This document shows positions 26,973-36,847 of a DNA stretch of 44,929 nucleotides, piece by piece. The notes beneath the pieces were generated by a model. It made no database searches. It was not told where the DNA came from and saw nothing but the letters and a program-made list of their open reading frames with translations. Both the position numbers and the translations under genes were made by a program. The stretch is taken from contig CABMCB010000090.1 in the NCBI GenBank assembly GCA_902384455.1, forward strand, positions 1 to 44,929, in the 5' to 3' direction. This DNA is from an uncultured archaeon. GTDB taxonomy: Archaea; Altiarchaeota; Altiarchaeia; IMC4; SCGC-AAA252-I15. Position 1 is the first letter of the stretch. Every line of letters begins with the position of its first letter.

Positions 26973-28868
26973 CTAGCTGGGGCTGACTACCGCTATATTG
27001 AATGACGCCGTGTTCTCGAGTGACTCAACCTCGAATTCCATAGAATTCACTCCCGGAAACGTGGGGGTCACCGACAAATTAAGCGTCTTCTGCTCGCAAT
27101 CCAAACATACAGTGCAGTTGTCGCGACGCAACCTCATCTCCCTATTCACATAAACCGTCCTAATGCAGTCCCCCGCAGCAACTACCACATTCGAGGCCGT
27201 CTTCGGCGGAATGTCGAGTAAGACTTTGACGTAAACCCTCTGTAAGTTTGATTTGAACAGTATCGGTTCAGTCAGAGAGTAGTTTCCGTAAGCCCAGTCT
27301 ATGCCCCCCTCAGAATACTTCCAGTCGACAATCCTTATGTTGCCGGAACCCTCCGGGACGGCCAGGGAAAGCGAAATAAGGATAAGCCCGACGACGGCAA
27401 AAGACACGGGAGAAACATTGCCCTGGCGGCTCTTGCTTGACGCACGAAGCGCCCGAAATAGAGACCACAAAGAGTAAGCAAGAATCACAAGGCCTAATGC
27501 GTAGGGGGCATTGCGTGCGCTGGAGAGCAACGAGTCAAAATTCGTCGACAACGATTGTATCGGCCCTCCTGCGGATAGAGTGAATTCTCGTATGCTGTGG
27601 CCTTTGATGCCGACGACTTCCTCTGCCGTTTTGAACGCGCAGTAGGCCGATAGACTCAGGAAGATGATGCCGTAAATGGCTGATTGCGCGTTTTTTTTGG
27701 TGAATGGTTGTAGTCCGACTGCGATAAGCGGCGTTAGCGCTGCCGCGGCAGTTAGCAGGTACGGCGTGTCGTAGAAGTCGGCCCAGTATTTGGGGAGTAT
27801 TGCGTAGGTTGTAAGGGTTATGATTGGTAGTGCCGTAAGTAGTGCGGTTTCTTTGTTTTGTTTTTTGTTTGCGTGTGAGATTCCAAATATTGAGAGTATT
27901 AATATGGGGCTTATTGCTAGAAGTCCGTTGAGTTTGTCGTTGCCTGTAATCAGTGTTATTAGTCTGTTGCTGAGGGTGGCATCAGTTAGGTTTATGTGGT
28001 TTGGGATTATTTCTGAGACGTGTGTTTTGTATGCGTATCCTGCGTTCAGGGGCCCTCCGAAGGATATGGTGTTGTAGCTTGCCAGGATGAGTATGGGTAT
28101 CATTAAAGACAGGAGCATGTCTGTTGTGTTGCTGTTGAGGCTATCCAGATTGATTTTCTTGGACCAGATGAGGTAGATGAGGATGACTGCGCAAGGTACT
28201 GCGTTCATGTACTCTAACGCTATGGATGCGCCTAATGCGAACCCGAGCAATACGGCGTTTTGGGCTTCGTCCTGGATTTTCTTTGATTTAAGCGAGACGT
28301 ATATTCCAATCAGAATAAGCATTGATGAGGGGCTTTGAGGCAGCAGCAGTGTCGCGTATTTCCAGTTGAGCGTGCCAAAGGCGAAAACTGCGGAAGAAAT
28401 TGCGGCAGCTTGTTTTTTTGCGCCAAGCAGCCTGCTTATGCGGTAAACAAGTATTACGCTTATGGCGGAAGATAGCGCCGGAAGAAGCAGGACGTAGAAC
28501 AAAGCGGGATTGCCGTAGTCTGCGCCGTCATAAAAACGGGCCGCCTGTATGAGAAAAGAAACTATTTTTCCTGCCGCATAAAAGGGGACTGCCATCAACG
28601 CCGTTCCCGGCGCTCCGTAAAGGTAGTAGTGGCCGTCTTTTTTTGTGTATTCCCCGTGGCTTGCGTAAATGATGTTTTTGTCTATCTTTAGGGTGTGTTC
28701 GTCGACTATTGCTTTGGCCAGCGCGTAGTGTCCTCCGTCTATGGGGGAGGCGATGCCGGTGGTGCTTGCGACGTATGCCGCGAACGTGATTAAGAATAAT
28801 GCGGCTTGAATCCGTGATTCGCCGTCCTGCTTAGAATTTTTTTTTTCCACATCAAATAGGGAATTCAC
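26973..28868 (-). CDS. Multi-pass membrane protein, probable GT-C glycosyltransferase
   Basis: DGGHYALAKAIV, YGAPGTALMAVPFY, FAFGTLNWKYA, YNTISFGGP, GLLAISP, about 12 TM segments, C-terminal soluble domain. Confidence 0.7.
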   Translation of the reverse strand: MNSLFDVEKKNSKQDGESRIQAALFLITFAAYVASTTGIASPIDGGHYALAKAIVDEHTLKIDKNIIYASHGEYTKKDGHYYLYGAPGTALMAVPFYAAGKIVSFLIQAARFYDGADYGNPALFYVLLLPALSSAISVILVYRISRLLGAKKQAAAISSAVFAFGTLNWKYATLLLPQSPSSMLILIGIYVSLKSKKIQDEAQNAVLLGFALGASIALEYMNAVPCAVILIYLIWSKKINLDSLNSNTTDMLLSLMIPILILASYNTISFGGPLNAGYAYKTHVSEIIPNHINLTDATLSNRLITLITGNDKLNGLLAISPILILSIFGISHANKKQNKETALLTALPIITLTTYAILPKYWADFYDTPYLLTAAAALTPLIAVGLQPFTKKNAQSAIYGIIFLSLSAYCAFKTAEEVVGIKGHSIREFTLSAGGPIQSLSTNFDSLLSSARNAPYALGLVILAYSLWSLFRALRASSKSRQGNVSPVSFAVVGLILISLSLAVPEGSGNIRIVDWKYSEGGIDWAYGNYSLTEPILFKSNLQRVYVKVLLDIPPKTASNVVVAAGDCIRTVYVNREMRLRRDNCTVCLDCEQKTLNLSVTPTFPGVNSMEFEVESLENTASFNIAVVSPS

Positions 28869-30319
28869 TTAAGCAGGGCTGGAAGCTCAGATATGCTTAC
28901 GCGCCTCTGCTGCTTGGTGTCCCTGTCTCTTACCGTGACTGTGCCGTCCTTGAGGGAGTCGTAGTCGATGGTTACCGCGTATGGGACTCCTATTTCGTCG
29001 GCGCGCGCGTACCTTCGCCCTATGCTTCCTGATTCGTCAGAGTAAACGTATAATCCGGCGTTCTTGAGGAGCTCGAAAACTTCGCGGGCTTTTTCCGGCA
29101 GATTATCCTTCTTCTGCAGAGCAAACACTCCCGCACGATAAGGAGCTACCGCAGGCGGGAAAGCAAACCACTCGTAGTCGCGGCCTTCTTTGTCTGCGGG
29201 GCGTAGGCAGCTTTCTAGTAGGCAGTATATTGGGCGGTCTACTCCGTAGGCGACTTCCAGTACGTGGGGGACGAATTTTCTTCCGTCTATGTTTACTGAC
29301 AGGTCTTGTTTGCTTACGTTTATGTGTTGTGTGAGGTCGTAGTCTCCTCGGTCGCTTATGCCTACAAGCTCTATTCTGCCTATGCTTGGGCTTAGGTATT
29401 CCACGTCCCATGTGTCGCTGCTGTAGAATGCTCTTTCGTCGTCGCGGTGTTGCCGTAGGCTTAGTTTTGAGGGGTCTATGCCTACGTCAGTGAAGAATCT
29501 TAATGCTAAAGCCAGGTGGTACGCTATTAGGGGGCATGTGATTATGCCTTCATTAAGGGCTTGTTCTATTGTTTTTTCCACTACGTCGTCTTTCTTTGTT
29601 CGTATGGAAATGTTTTTCTTTGCTTCCTGCGGGAGATTTACGGGGTCGTTTTTGGTTGCGGGGTCGAGGAAGTACTGGATTTCCGCCTGCAGGAACTCCC
29701 TAAGTCGAATCATCACTTGGCGGGGGCTTATTTCGTTGCGGTAGCTTCGCCCTATCTGTAGGACTCCGAAAGGCAGCTTCCGTCTTGCCGTCTCAAAAAG
29801 CCGCTTGAAAGGAAGGTACGTGGTTTGCGCGGTCTCAGGGCGCAGGTAAGCGGTGACTTTGTTTCTGCCGGGCCCCACGTGCGTCTGGAACATAAGGTTG
29901 AACGTGTAGGGGTTCTCCAGTTTACCGCCGCACTTAGGGCATGTGATGCGGTACTCATCTATCGCTTTTGCGAGGTCTGAAATAGACATGCCCTCAGTCC
30001 TAATGTTTGCCTTCTGCGCAACCAGATGGTCCGCCCTATACGGCTCACCGCACTTTAAGCATTCTGTCGTGATGTCCGCGAAACTTTTGACGTGGCCTGA
30101 GGCGACCCAGACGGGCTCCGGCGAAACAGTTGGGCATTCCACCTCCATGCAGCCCTCAGAAACTATATACTGCCTGCGAAGCACTTCCTGCAGGTTATTC
30201 TTGATGCGGCTTCCTACCGGCCCATAGTCAATGAACCCCGCCAGTCCGCCGTAAATCTCGAAGCTAGGGTACACTATCCCGCGTCGTTTGCCAATCTCAA
30301 GTATAGTATCATAAGACAT
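28865..30319 (-). CDS. glyS: Glycine--tRNA ligase (homodimeric type)
   Basis: SFEIYGG, ASGH, FNLMF, YLRPETAQ, RNEISPRQ, RLREF.QAE, SGSIGRRYARADEIG. Confidence 0.97.
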   Translation of the reverse strand: MSYDTILEIGKRRGIVYPSFEIYGGLAGFIDYGPVGSRIKNNLQEVLRRQYIVSEGCMEVECPTVSPEPVWVASGHVKSFADITTECLKCGEPYRADHLVAQKANIRTEGMSISDLAKAIDEYRITCPKCGGKLENPYTFNLMFQTHVGPGRNKVTAYLRPETAQTTYLPFKRLFETARRKLPFGVLQIGRSYRNEISPRQVMIRLREFLQAEIQYFLDPATKNDPVNLPQEAKKNISIRTKKDDVVEKTIEQALNEGIITCPLIAYHLALALRFFTDVGIDPSKLSLRQHRDDERAFYSSDTWDVEYLSPSIGRIELVGISDRGDYDLTQHINVSKQDLSVNIDGRKFVPHVLEVAYGVDRPIYCLLESCLRPADKEGRDYEWFAFPPAVAPYRAGVFALQKKDNLPEKAREVFELLKNAGLYVYSDESGSIGRRYARADEIGVPYAVTIDYDSLKDGTVTVRDRDTKQQRRVSISELPALLK

Positions 30320-30330
30320 TTTTCACTCCT

Positions 30331-32271
30331 CTACGGCCTCTTTTTGACGCTTGTTTCGACTGCTCCGCTTTCGTCTTCCGAAAGAGGCTCAAGGTCTCCT
30401 CCGGCGCCGCGTTCAGCCTCAATCATGCGTTTAAGTTCGTCTTCCACCCTCTTCTTAGTCTCGTCCTCCATCTTCAATGACATTTCCTCCTGAGTCATCT
30501 TCTCCTTAGTCGACAACTCCTTTTGCTTGGCCGAGAACTCCGCTTCAAGTTCCGCTTTCTTTTTGGCCCGCGTAACTGCGACTATTAGGACGCCGGCTAT
30601 TATTGCTACTGCGATTATTGCCTTGTTGCGGAAGGCCACCCATTCGTCGTTCATTTTTTGTTCGCTGTCGTCGAGTATCTGCTTAGCGCCTTCAGCGCCT
30701 ACGGTGTAGTTCATGTTGTAGAAAATCGTGTATGCCTGCTGCGCATTGAATTTTGCGTTCTCCCAGTTTCCTAAGTCAAAGTTCCTTTTTGCAGTCTTGT
30801 AAATCTCGCTTGCTTTCTCCCTCTGCTGGAATCCTACGGTTATGTTGCCCAATAAGCTTTTTACCACGTCTGTGTTGTTTACGTCGTAAAGGCCCTCATA
30901 GATGCCTTTAGCCTGCTGGGCGTACAGGTTGGCGTTCTCGAAGTCCGCGACTGCGTAGGCCTCCTGCGCTTTGGCCACAAGTTCTTTGCCGCTTCTGCTT
31001 CTGCTCATCGAGTCTCCTATTTTGTTTATGAGTGTTTCTGCTTTGCTTATTCCTACGTAGTTGTTGGTGCTTGCGAATAGTCCGCGTGCTTTTTGGGCGT
31101 AGCTTAGGGCGTCGTCGAATTCGTTGTGTATTAGGTATTCTTGCGCGTTTGAGTAGTATATTTCGGCTTGTTCGTCTGCTTTTCTTTCGCCCCATTCTGC
31201 GCGTATTCTGGTGAGTATTCCGTTTACTTCCTTTATTTTGCTGTCGTAGTAAGTCATCTGCGGCTGTCTGTCTGAGGGGTTGTTTCCTTCCTCTATCTTG
31301 GCTTTCTCGAACAGCTCCATGTAGATGTTTTTGGCTTCTGTGGCTGCTTCTGTGGCGTTTGCGTATTCCTTGATTATGAGTAGTTCGCCTGCTTTGCGGT
31401 AGAAGAGTTCTGCTTGGCGTTTTCTCTCTTCTATGTTCTGGTTCATGTTTCTGTTTATGTTTGTTATCAGGCCTTGGGTTTGGCTTATTCCTTCTCTGTC
31501 CTCTATTTTTGCGTAGAAGTTTTGGGCGACAAGCGCCGATTCTAGGGCTTTGGGGAGGTTGCCTTGGACGTAGAAGTCCAAGGCGCGGTCGTAGCTTGCT
31601 GCGGCGTTCTGCTTAATCTGCTGCGTCTGCTCCTCTATTTGGACTATGAGGGCGGCGGATTTGCTCATGCCGTCTGTGTCAGGTATCTGGCTGAACACTT
31701 GGCTTGCGTTCAAAGCAAGGGCTTTTGCCGTAGTGTACTCTTCCGCAATGAATGCCTGCGTGGCCTGCCTATAGTAGTTTTCCGCCACGTTCTTTTTGTC
31801 TGACACTACTTCCACAATGGCTTTGTCTATTGATTCAACAAGCACTTTCGCCTGTATCTTGCCGTCTGAGTTGTTGAGTTCAGTGTAGGTAGCCAAGCTT
31901 TGTCTGGCGAAGAACTGGGCGTCTTGGTACGTGGATATGTCTGTTGCGTGCACTGACGAGGCGGTTATGTAAATGTCGCTTCCGATGTTGAAGAAATAGC
32001 GGGCTTTTTGCAGGGGCGATATCGTGGAGTTTAAATCTCTTATCAGGTTGTCGGCCCGGTACATGGATTGACCGGTGATGCTTAAGCGCTCGTACGTTAA
32101 GTGAGCCAGATATACTGCGCGGTAGGCGTTTTGGTAGTCCCCCTGGTCAAAAAGTACGTAGGACTGCTCAAGCATACTGTCTGCCTCCTCCTTGGTGGTT
32201 ATTGCCGAAGCGGTGGAGGCTAACGCTATTATTAAGAAAATCAATGCCGTTAGTACCTTCCGATTTTTCAT
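30331..32271 (-). CDS. Single-pass surface protein with about eight 60-aa helical (TPR/MIT-like) repeats
   Basis: Signal peptide, repeats of A..YY..A...F....Y..A...A..A..IY..L.D..G, TM helix AIIAVAIIAGVLIVAV, charged tail. Confidence 0.75.
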   Translation of the reverse strand: MKNRKVLTALIFLIIALASTASAITTKEEADSMLEQSYVLFDQGDYQNAYRAVYLAHLTYERLSITGQSMYRADNLIRDLNSTISPLQKARYFFNIGSDIYITASSVHATDISTYQDAQFFARQSLATYTELNNSDGKIQAKVLVESIDKAIVEVVSDKKNVAENYYRQATQAFIAEEYTTAKALALNASQVFSQIPDTDGMSKSAALIVQIEEQTQQIKQNAAASYDRALDFYVQGNLPKALESALVAQNFYAKIEDREGISQTQGLITNINRNMNQNIEERKRQAELFYRKAGELLIIKEYANATEAATEAKNIYMELFEKAKIEEGNNPSDRQPQMTYYDSKIKEVNGILTRIRAEWGERKADEQAEIYYSNAQEYLIHNEFDDALSYAQKARGLFASTNNYVGISKAETLINKIGDSMSRSRSGKELVAKAQEAYAVADFENANLYAQQAKGIYEGLYDVNNTDVVKSLLGNITVGFQQREKASEIYKTAKRNFDLGNWENAKFNAQQAYTIFYNMNYTVGAEGAKQILDDSEQKMNDEWVAFRNKAIIAVAIIAGVLIVAVTRAKKKAELEAEFSAKQKELSTKEKMTQEEMSLKMEDETKKRVEDELKRMIEAERGAGGDLEPLSEDESGAVETSVKKRP

Positions 32272-32308
32272 GATTGTAGATACATCAAATTCTTGAGTAA
32301 AAAAGGGT

Positions 32309-34252
32309 TTATACTGGAGGCATCTCCTCCCCCTCAGTGATTATTTCGCCCCAGTCGTCCGCCGGCTTTTTAGGTGCCTCAGGCATCGGTTGGCCGGTCA
32401 AAGGCGGCTTTCCTGGGGCGGCAACCTGTGGCGCTCCCCCCACTGGTTTCTGCTGAAATGCCTCGCCGAATCCACCCTCGTTTTGCCTCCTCTTAACAAG
32501 GAGGATGAAACCGGCAACTAAGGCTAAAATGAACAACGCGAATAAAAGCGGCCTGAAGTTTATGCCGCCTTCCTCAGTCTGAGTCTGGTTTGATTCTATA
32601 GGAGTTACATTTATTCCGGGAGTTACGGCAGGATTAAGTTTGGCCTCGATTCTAAGCAGAAGCAGCTCGCATTTTAGGACGTTTTCCGAGTCTCCGAATC
32701 TCCCGTATATCTCCTTTGCTTGTTCGGCGAACGACCTTGAATTCTTGAAGTCTTCGTTTATGAAGTACTCCGCGGCCCTCTGGTAATAGAGGTCTGCCTG
32801 CTTGCGTTGTTCGCTTGTTGTGAATTCGTTTATGCGCGAAAGCAGGTTGCTTGTCTTTTCAAGGCCTGTTTTGTCGTCTAATTCCGCGTAAATGTTTTTC
32901 GCCTGCACCAACAGTATCTGCGCTTCCGTATAGTTGCCTGCTATAAAGTTGGCTTGGCCTCTTGTTAGCATGTCGTCTGCTCTCTGCTTTTTGGTGTAGC
33001 TGGCGTTGAGGTCGAAGGCGTATATGTGCCTTGTTGGCGTTCCGACTATGAATTCCTTCAGGTTGTCTCCGTTTATGTCTCCTGCCGCGGCGAAAGACAG
33101 GGGTTCTCCGACGTCGTATCTCCATTGGAATCGGCCTAGTCTGTCCAGTACGTATATGGTTCCGGAGTCTGTGGCTACGACGTATTCGTCGTGGTTGTCG
33201 TTGTCTACGTCTGCTGCGTATATGCTTTGTATTTCTCCGTTTGCGCGGTATTGCCAGATTACGGCGGCTTGGCCTGAGTCTAGTACGTAGACGTTTTTGT
33301 CTGTTGAGCCGACGAATATTTCGTTGCGTCTGTCGTCGTTTGTGTCTGATATGAGGAAGGATTTGATTGTCCCTGAGATGTCGTATTTCCATGCTTGGTC
33401 TAGTGTTAGTTGGGTGATTTTCTTGCTTGATTCTGCTTTGGCCTCTTTTACGTCTATAACGTAGATTCTGTTCTGGTTTGTTAATGCGACTATGTCTGAG
33501 TAGGCGCTTCCCGTCCTGTTTATGCTGTTGAGGTATGTCACTCCCCGTAGGATGTCTGGCACGTCTACGTCGAATGGGAATGTTCCTATAACGTTTCCTT
33601 TTCCGTCGAAGTAGTATATTTTGTCTGCGGCAGCTATCACTTCTTTGCCGGGCGAGTTGTCTACGTCTATTGCGTATACAGCGGTTGTCGGGTGGCTCAT
33701 CCTATATTCCCACTTTGTTTCTCCGAATGCTTGGAATACGTAGAGTTTGAGGCTGCTTCCTCCAATGATTTCGTAGTACTTGTCGCCGTCCAAGTCGTCT
33801 ACTGCGATGCTTTCCATTATTGCTGTAGTGTAGAAGCTGCGGCGTAGTCTTCCGTCGGGGTTTATTACGTAGATTGTGCCCCGCTGGATGTTGTTGAGCG
33901 TCTGTCCGCTTGTTACTATCACCTGCTTCTTGCCGTCGTTGTCGAATTCAGCAAGTGTAGACGTCTTGACGACGTCGTCTATGGGATAACGCCAAAGCAG
34001 GTTTCCGCCGCCATCAAAAGCGTAAACTCCGTTGCGTTCCGACGTGTACCCGTCGCCGGCTCTTCCCCCAGTAATCACCACGACCTCCTTCTTCTCGTCC
34101 GCGTTGATGTCCTCGACATAGAAGCCCTTGATTTCAACGTTCTCCTCAAGAGTGCCGGCTAAAGTGTAATTCCAGCGTTGAGTAAGAACTTGAGAGCTAA
34201 CGCAGGAAATAAAACTAACGACAACTAAGGCCGCAAAGATGGTTTTACGCAT
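32309..34252 (-). CDS. Single-pass surface protein: FG-GAP/PQQ-like beta-propeller plus two helical repeats
   Basis: Signal peptide, DxDxDG..E loops (DLDGDKYYE, DVDNDNHDE, DINGDNLKE), W.Y repeats, TM helix, Pro-rich tail. Confidence 0.8.
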   Translation of the reverse strand: MRKTIFAALVVVSFISCVSSQVLTQRWNYTLAGTLEENVEIKGFYVEDINADEKKEVVVITGGRAGDGYTSERNGVYAFDGGGNLLWRYPIDDVVKTSTLAEFDNDGKKQVIVTSGQTLNNIQRGTIYVINPDGRLRRSFYTTAIMESIAVDDLDGDKYYEIIGGSSLKLYVFQAFGETKWEYRMSHPTTAVYAIDVDNSPGKEVIAAADKIYYFDGKGNVIGTFPFDVDVPDILRGVTYLNSINRTGSAYSDIVALTNQNRIYVIDVKEAKAESSKKITQLTLDQAWKYDISGTIKSFLISDTNDDRRNEIFVGSTDKNVYVLDSGQAAVIWQYRANGEIQSIYAADVDNDNHDEYVVATDSGTIYVLDRLGRFQWRYDVGEPLSFAAAGDINGDNLKEFIVGTPTRHIYAFDLNASYTKKQRADDMLTRGQANFIAGNYTEAQILLVQAKNIYAELDDKTGLEKTSNLLSRINEFTTSEQRKQADLYYQRAAEYFINEDFKNSRSFAEQAKEIYGRFGDSENVLKCELLLLRIEAKLNPAVTPGINVTPIESNQTQTEEGGINFRPLLFALFILALVAGFILLVKRRQNEGGFGEAFQQKPVGGAPQVAAPGKPPLTGQPMPEAPKKPADDWGEIITEGEEMPPV

Positions 34253-34255
34253 CGC

Positions 34256-35230
34256 TTACTGATGAGTCGCAGAGGGATAAAAATAAGGCCGTAGGCTGTC
34301 TGCTGTGGCTTCTGGCGGTCCGCTTGTTATGTAGTCTCCGCCGCCCATTTCGAATCCTGCGTGCTGGGCTATTCGGGGGTAAATCTCAAGGTGCAAATGC
34401 AGGTCTGCGTCGTTGGGGCTTTGGTGCAGTATGAAGTTGTACGGCAGGTCTCCTTCTTTTTTGAGGAAAGTGAGCGTGTTTTTCAGGGCTTTGGCGAAGG
34501 CTTCCGTCTCTTTGTCCGTCAGTTCGTCTAGTCTGAGTACGTGTCTTTTGGGGATAATCCACGTTTCGTAGTGGAATCTGGGCGCGTATGGAGCAAGCAC
34601 CATGACTTCGTCGTCGGCGTAGGCGCACCTTAACCCGCCTTTCTCTCGATCCATTAGCTCGCAGAAAGGGCATTTCCCCTTTTCTTCCTTCTGGCGGATA
34701 GACTCTTTTGCCTCCTCTGAAATGATTCGAGGCACGTGAGGCAGGCTTATCAACTGTGTGTGGCTGTGAGGCAGGCTCGCTCCGCCCTCAGACCCGCTGT
34801 TCTTGAACAATGCGGCGTAAGCGGAACCCGCATCCTCGGCGGCCTTAATCCTCTGCTTATAGACGTTCAGGACGGAAACCACTCTCTGCAAAGGAAGGTC
34901 TGCTATGGAACCCGTATGCTCAGGCGTCTCCACAATAACCTCATGGACCCCTTTCGCGGCCAACGCAGTAAAACCCTCCTGCTGCACAGGCTCTGCCGAA
35001 GCGAAATCAACAGCAGGATACTTATTTGGGAAAACACGAATCACCCACCTGCCGTCCTCCTCCACGCGCATAATCTCCGCAGGAGTCTCGTTTTCACGCC
35101 CCGGACAGAAAAAACAAGTCTTACCCACCTCCTCAGCGGGGCGCGTGAAATGCTGCGGGCGTTTTGCGCGGCCTGTTGCGATTAGCACCCAACGGTCAAG
35201 CAGAAAGTCTTTGCGCAGTTCTACGTCCAT
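34256..35230 (-). CDS. galT: Galactose-1-phosphate uridylyltransferase family protein
   Basis: RAKRP, CFFCPGRE, NKYPA, HEVIVETPEH, GASLPHSHTQ, CPFC, AGFE. Confidence 0.92.
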   Translation of the reverse strand: MDVELRKDFLLDRWVLIATGRAKRPQHFTRPAEEVGKTCFFCPGRENETPAEIMRVEEDGRWVIRVFPNKYPAVDFASAEPVQQEGFTALAAKGVHEVIVETPEHTGSIADLPLQRVVSVLNVYKQRIKAAEDAGSAYAALFKNSGSEGGASLPHSHTQLISLPHVPRIISEEAKESIRQKEEKGKCPFCELMDREKGGLRCAYADDEVMVLAPYAPRFHYETWIIPKRHVLRLDELTDKETEAFAKALKNTLTFLKKEGDLPYNFILHQSPNDADLHLHLEIYPRIAQHAGFEMGGGDYITSGPPEATADSLRPYFYPSATHQ

Positions 35231-35317
35231 CCTTACTGATTAGTTGCGGCGATATTTAACCATCCTCCCTAATGTCCCGGCAGAGTATTTAACGAATTCA
35301 TGCGCAGTAAATACATA

Positions 35318-35716
35318 ATGGCGTATAAGCTTAAGGCGAACGACTTCAAGGTTTCTGGTGCTGTTCTTACGGGATCAGGTTCTGAAGGCGCATCTACTCT
35401 CACAGTCGACGTGTCCTCTGTTCAGAAGGAGGCGTTGCCTGTGCTTCTGGCTCTTTCAGAAAAAGGAAAGACTGCAGGCGACGTGATTGGCGCCCTGCCT
35501 GTGTCAGTCGTCGGCACCCTCTCCAAACAGCTTTCTGGAACTACCGTGGGCGAAATCCTAGGGGAAGCCGAAAGGGCAGCAAGAAGCGGAAGTTCTCTTT
35601 CCCCTGACAGAATCACCGAACTAAACGGAAGTGTCGCAGGAGTGTCATTCCATCTGGACGGAGAGAGCATAAGCGAGGCTTATACACTTCGAAACGGAAA
35701 AGTAATACGACGCTGA
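35318..35716 (+). CDS. Orphan hypothetical protein
   Basis: ATG 35318 lies 30 nt after a TATA-like TTTAAC. No motif. Confidence 0.55.
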   Translation: MAYKLKANDFKVSGAVLTGSGSEGASTLTVDVSSVQKEALPVLLALSEKGKTAGDVIGALPVSVVGTLSKQLSGTTVGEILGEAERAARSGSSLSPDRITELNGSVAGVSFHLDGESISEAYTLRNGKVIRR

Positions 35717-35732
35717 CACTGCACCTATACTC

Positions 35733-36149
35733 TTATCGTCCGGCCTGCTTTTTATTTGTTTTTGCCTTCTTCTCTTTCTCTTTCTGTTTCCCCCAAAGCT
35801 TAAGAACCTCTTCAGGCGTCTTTGCGACTTCCTCGCCGAACACGTGCGGATGGCGGCTGACAATCTTGTTGTGCACGCCATCCATCACGTCGCTTATGTC
35901 GAAGCGGCCTTCTTCTTTGGCTATTTGGGAGATGAATATTACGTTCCAGAATAGGTCGCCTAGTTCCTCGGTTATTTCGTCGTCTTTGCCTGCGTCTATG
36001 GCGTCTGCGACCTCTTTGGCTTCGTCTAGAATGCATTTTTTCATGCTCTTTACTGTTTGTTCGCGGTCCCACGGGCAACCCTTAGGCGAACGCATGTAGG
36101 CCATAAGTTCGAGCATGTCTTGGAAGCTGGGTTTAGGCTTCTTCTTCAT
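35733..36149 (-). CDS. mazG: MazG-family nucleotide pyrophosphohydrolase (single domain)
   Basis: GCPWDREQT, EELGD, KIVSRHPHVFG. Confidence 0.92.
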   Translation of the reverse strand: MKKKPKPSFQDMLELMAYMRSPKGCPWDREQTVKSMKKCILDEAKEVADAIDAGKDDEITEELGDLFWNVIFISQIAKEEGRFDISDVMDGVHNKIVSRHPHVFGEEVAKTPEEVLKLWGKQKEKEKKAKTNKKQAGR

Positions 36150-36190
36150 GCCCTGTTATTAAAACCTCATCGGCTATATACTGCGGGGGA

Positions 36191-36847
36191 ATGAATTACG
36201 ACGAAGAGTTTGCGAAAGGACTTAAGTCCGACCACAGGAAGTTTAAGGCGGAAATCCAGGCTAAAATAAGGTCGTTTACGAACGTCGGAGAAGGAGACGA
36301 TGCGGCTTTGTTTGAGGAGTTGGCTTTCTGTCTGCTTACGCCTCAAAGCAAGGCAGTATCCTGTTTGGGGGCTGTATCCTCTGCCTCTAAGTCGGGGATT
36401 CTTTTTTCAGGTTCGACGGATGTTTTAGCGCCTCATTTGCGCGTCTGCGGCGTCAGGTTTCACCGCAATAAGTCGCGTTTTTTGGTTGAGGCGAGAGAAA
36501 GGTTTCTTAAGGATGGGGTTGGTTTGAGAGGCGTACTTGATTCTCATCCAGACGACTTCGAATGTAGAAAATGGCTTGTCGAGAACATCAAGGGAATGGG
36601 CCTTAAGGAGGCTAGTCATTTTCTGCGTAACGTAGGCAGGTTCAGGAACGTGATGATTTTGGACCGCCATATTCTGCGGAATCTTGCGCGCGCAGGCGCC
36701 ATAAGCAAAGTCCCAAATTCTCTCACCGGCAAAAAGTATTTTGCCTGCGAAAAGGCGATGAAAGAATACGCCAATTATTTGGGAATACCTGCGTGGGAGC
36801 TCGACCTTCTTTTATGGCGCAGGGAAACAGGATTCATACTAAAGTAA
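36191..36847 (+). CDS. ogg: 8-oxoguanine N-glycosylase/DNA lyase
   Basis: ELAFCLLTPQS, VRFHRNK, HhH IKGMGLKEASHFLRNVG, ILDRHIL, DLLLW..ETG..LK. Confidence 0.93.
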   Translation: MNYDEEFAKGLKSDHRKFKAEIQAKIRSFTNVGEGDDAALFEELAFCLLTPQSKAVSCLGAVSSASKSGILFSGSTDVLAPHLRVCGVRFHRNKSRFLVEARERFLKDGVGLRGVLDSHPDDFECRKWLVENIKGMGLKEASHFLRNVGRFRNVMILDRHILRNLARAGAISKVPNSLTGKKYFACEKAMKEYANYLGIPAWELDLLLWRRETGFILK

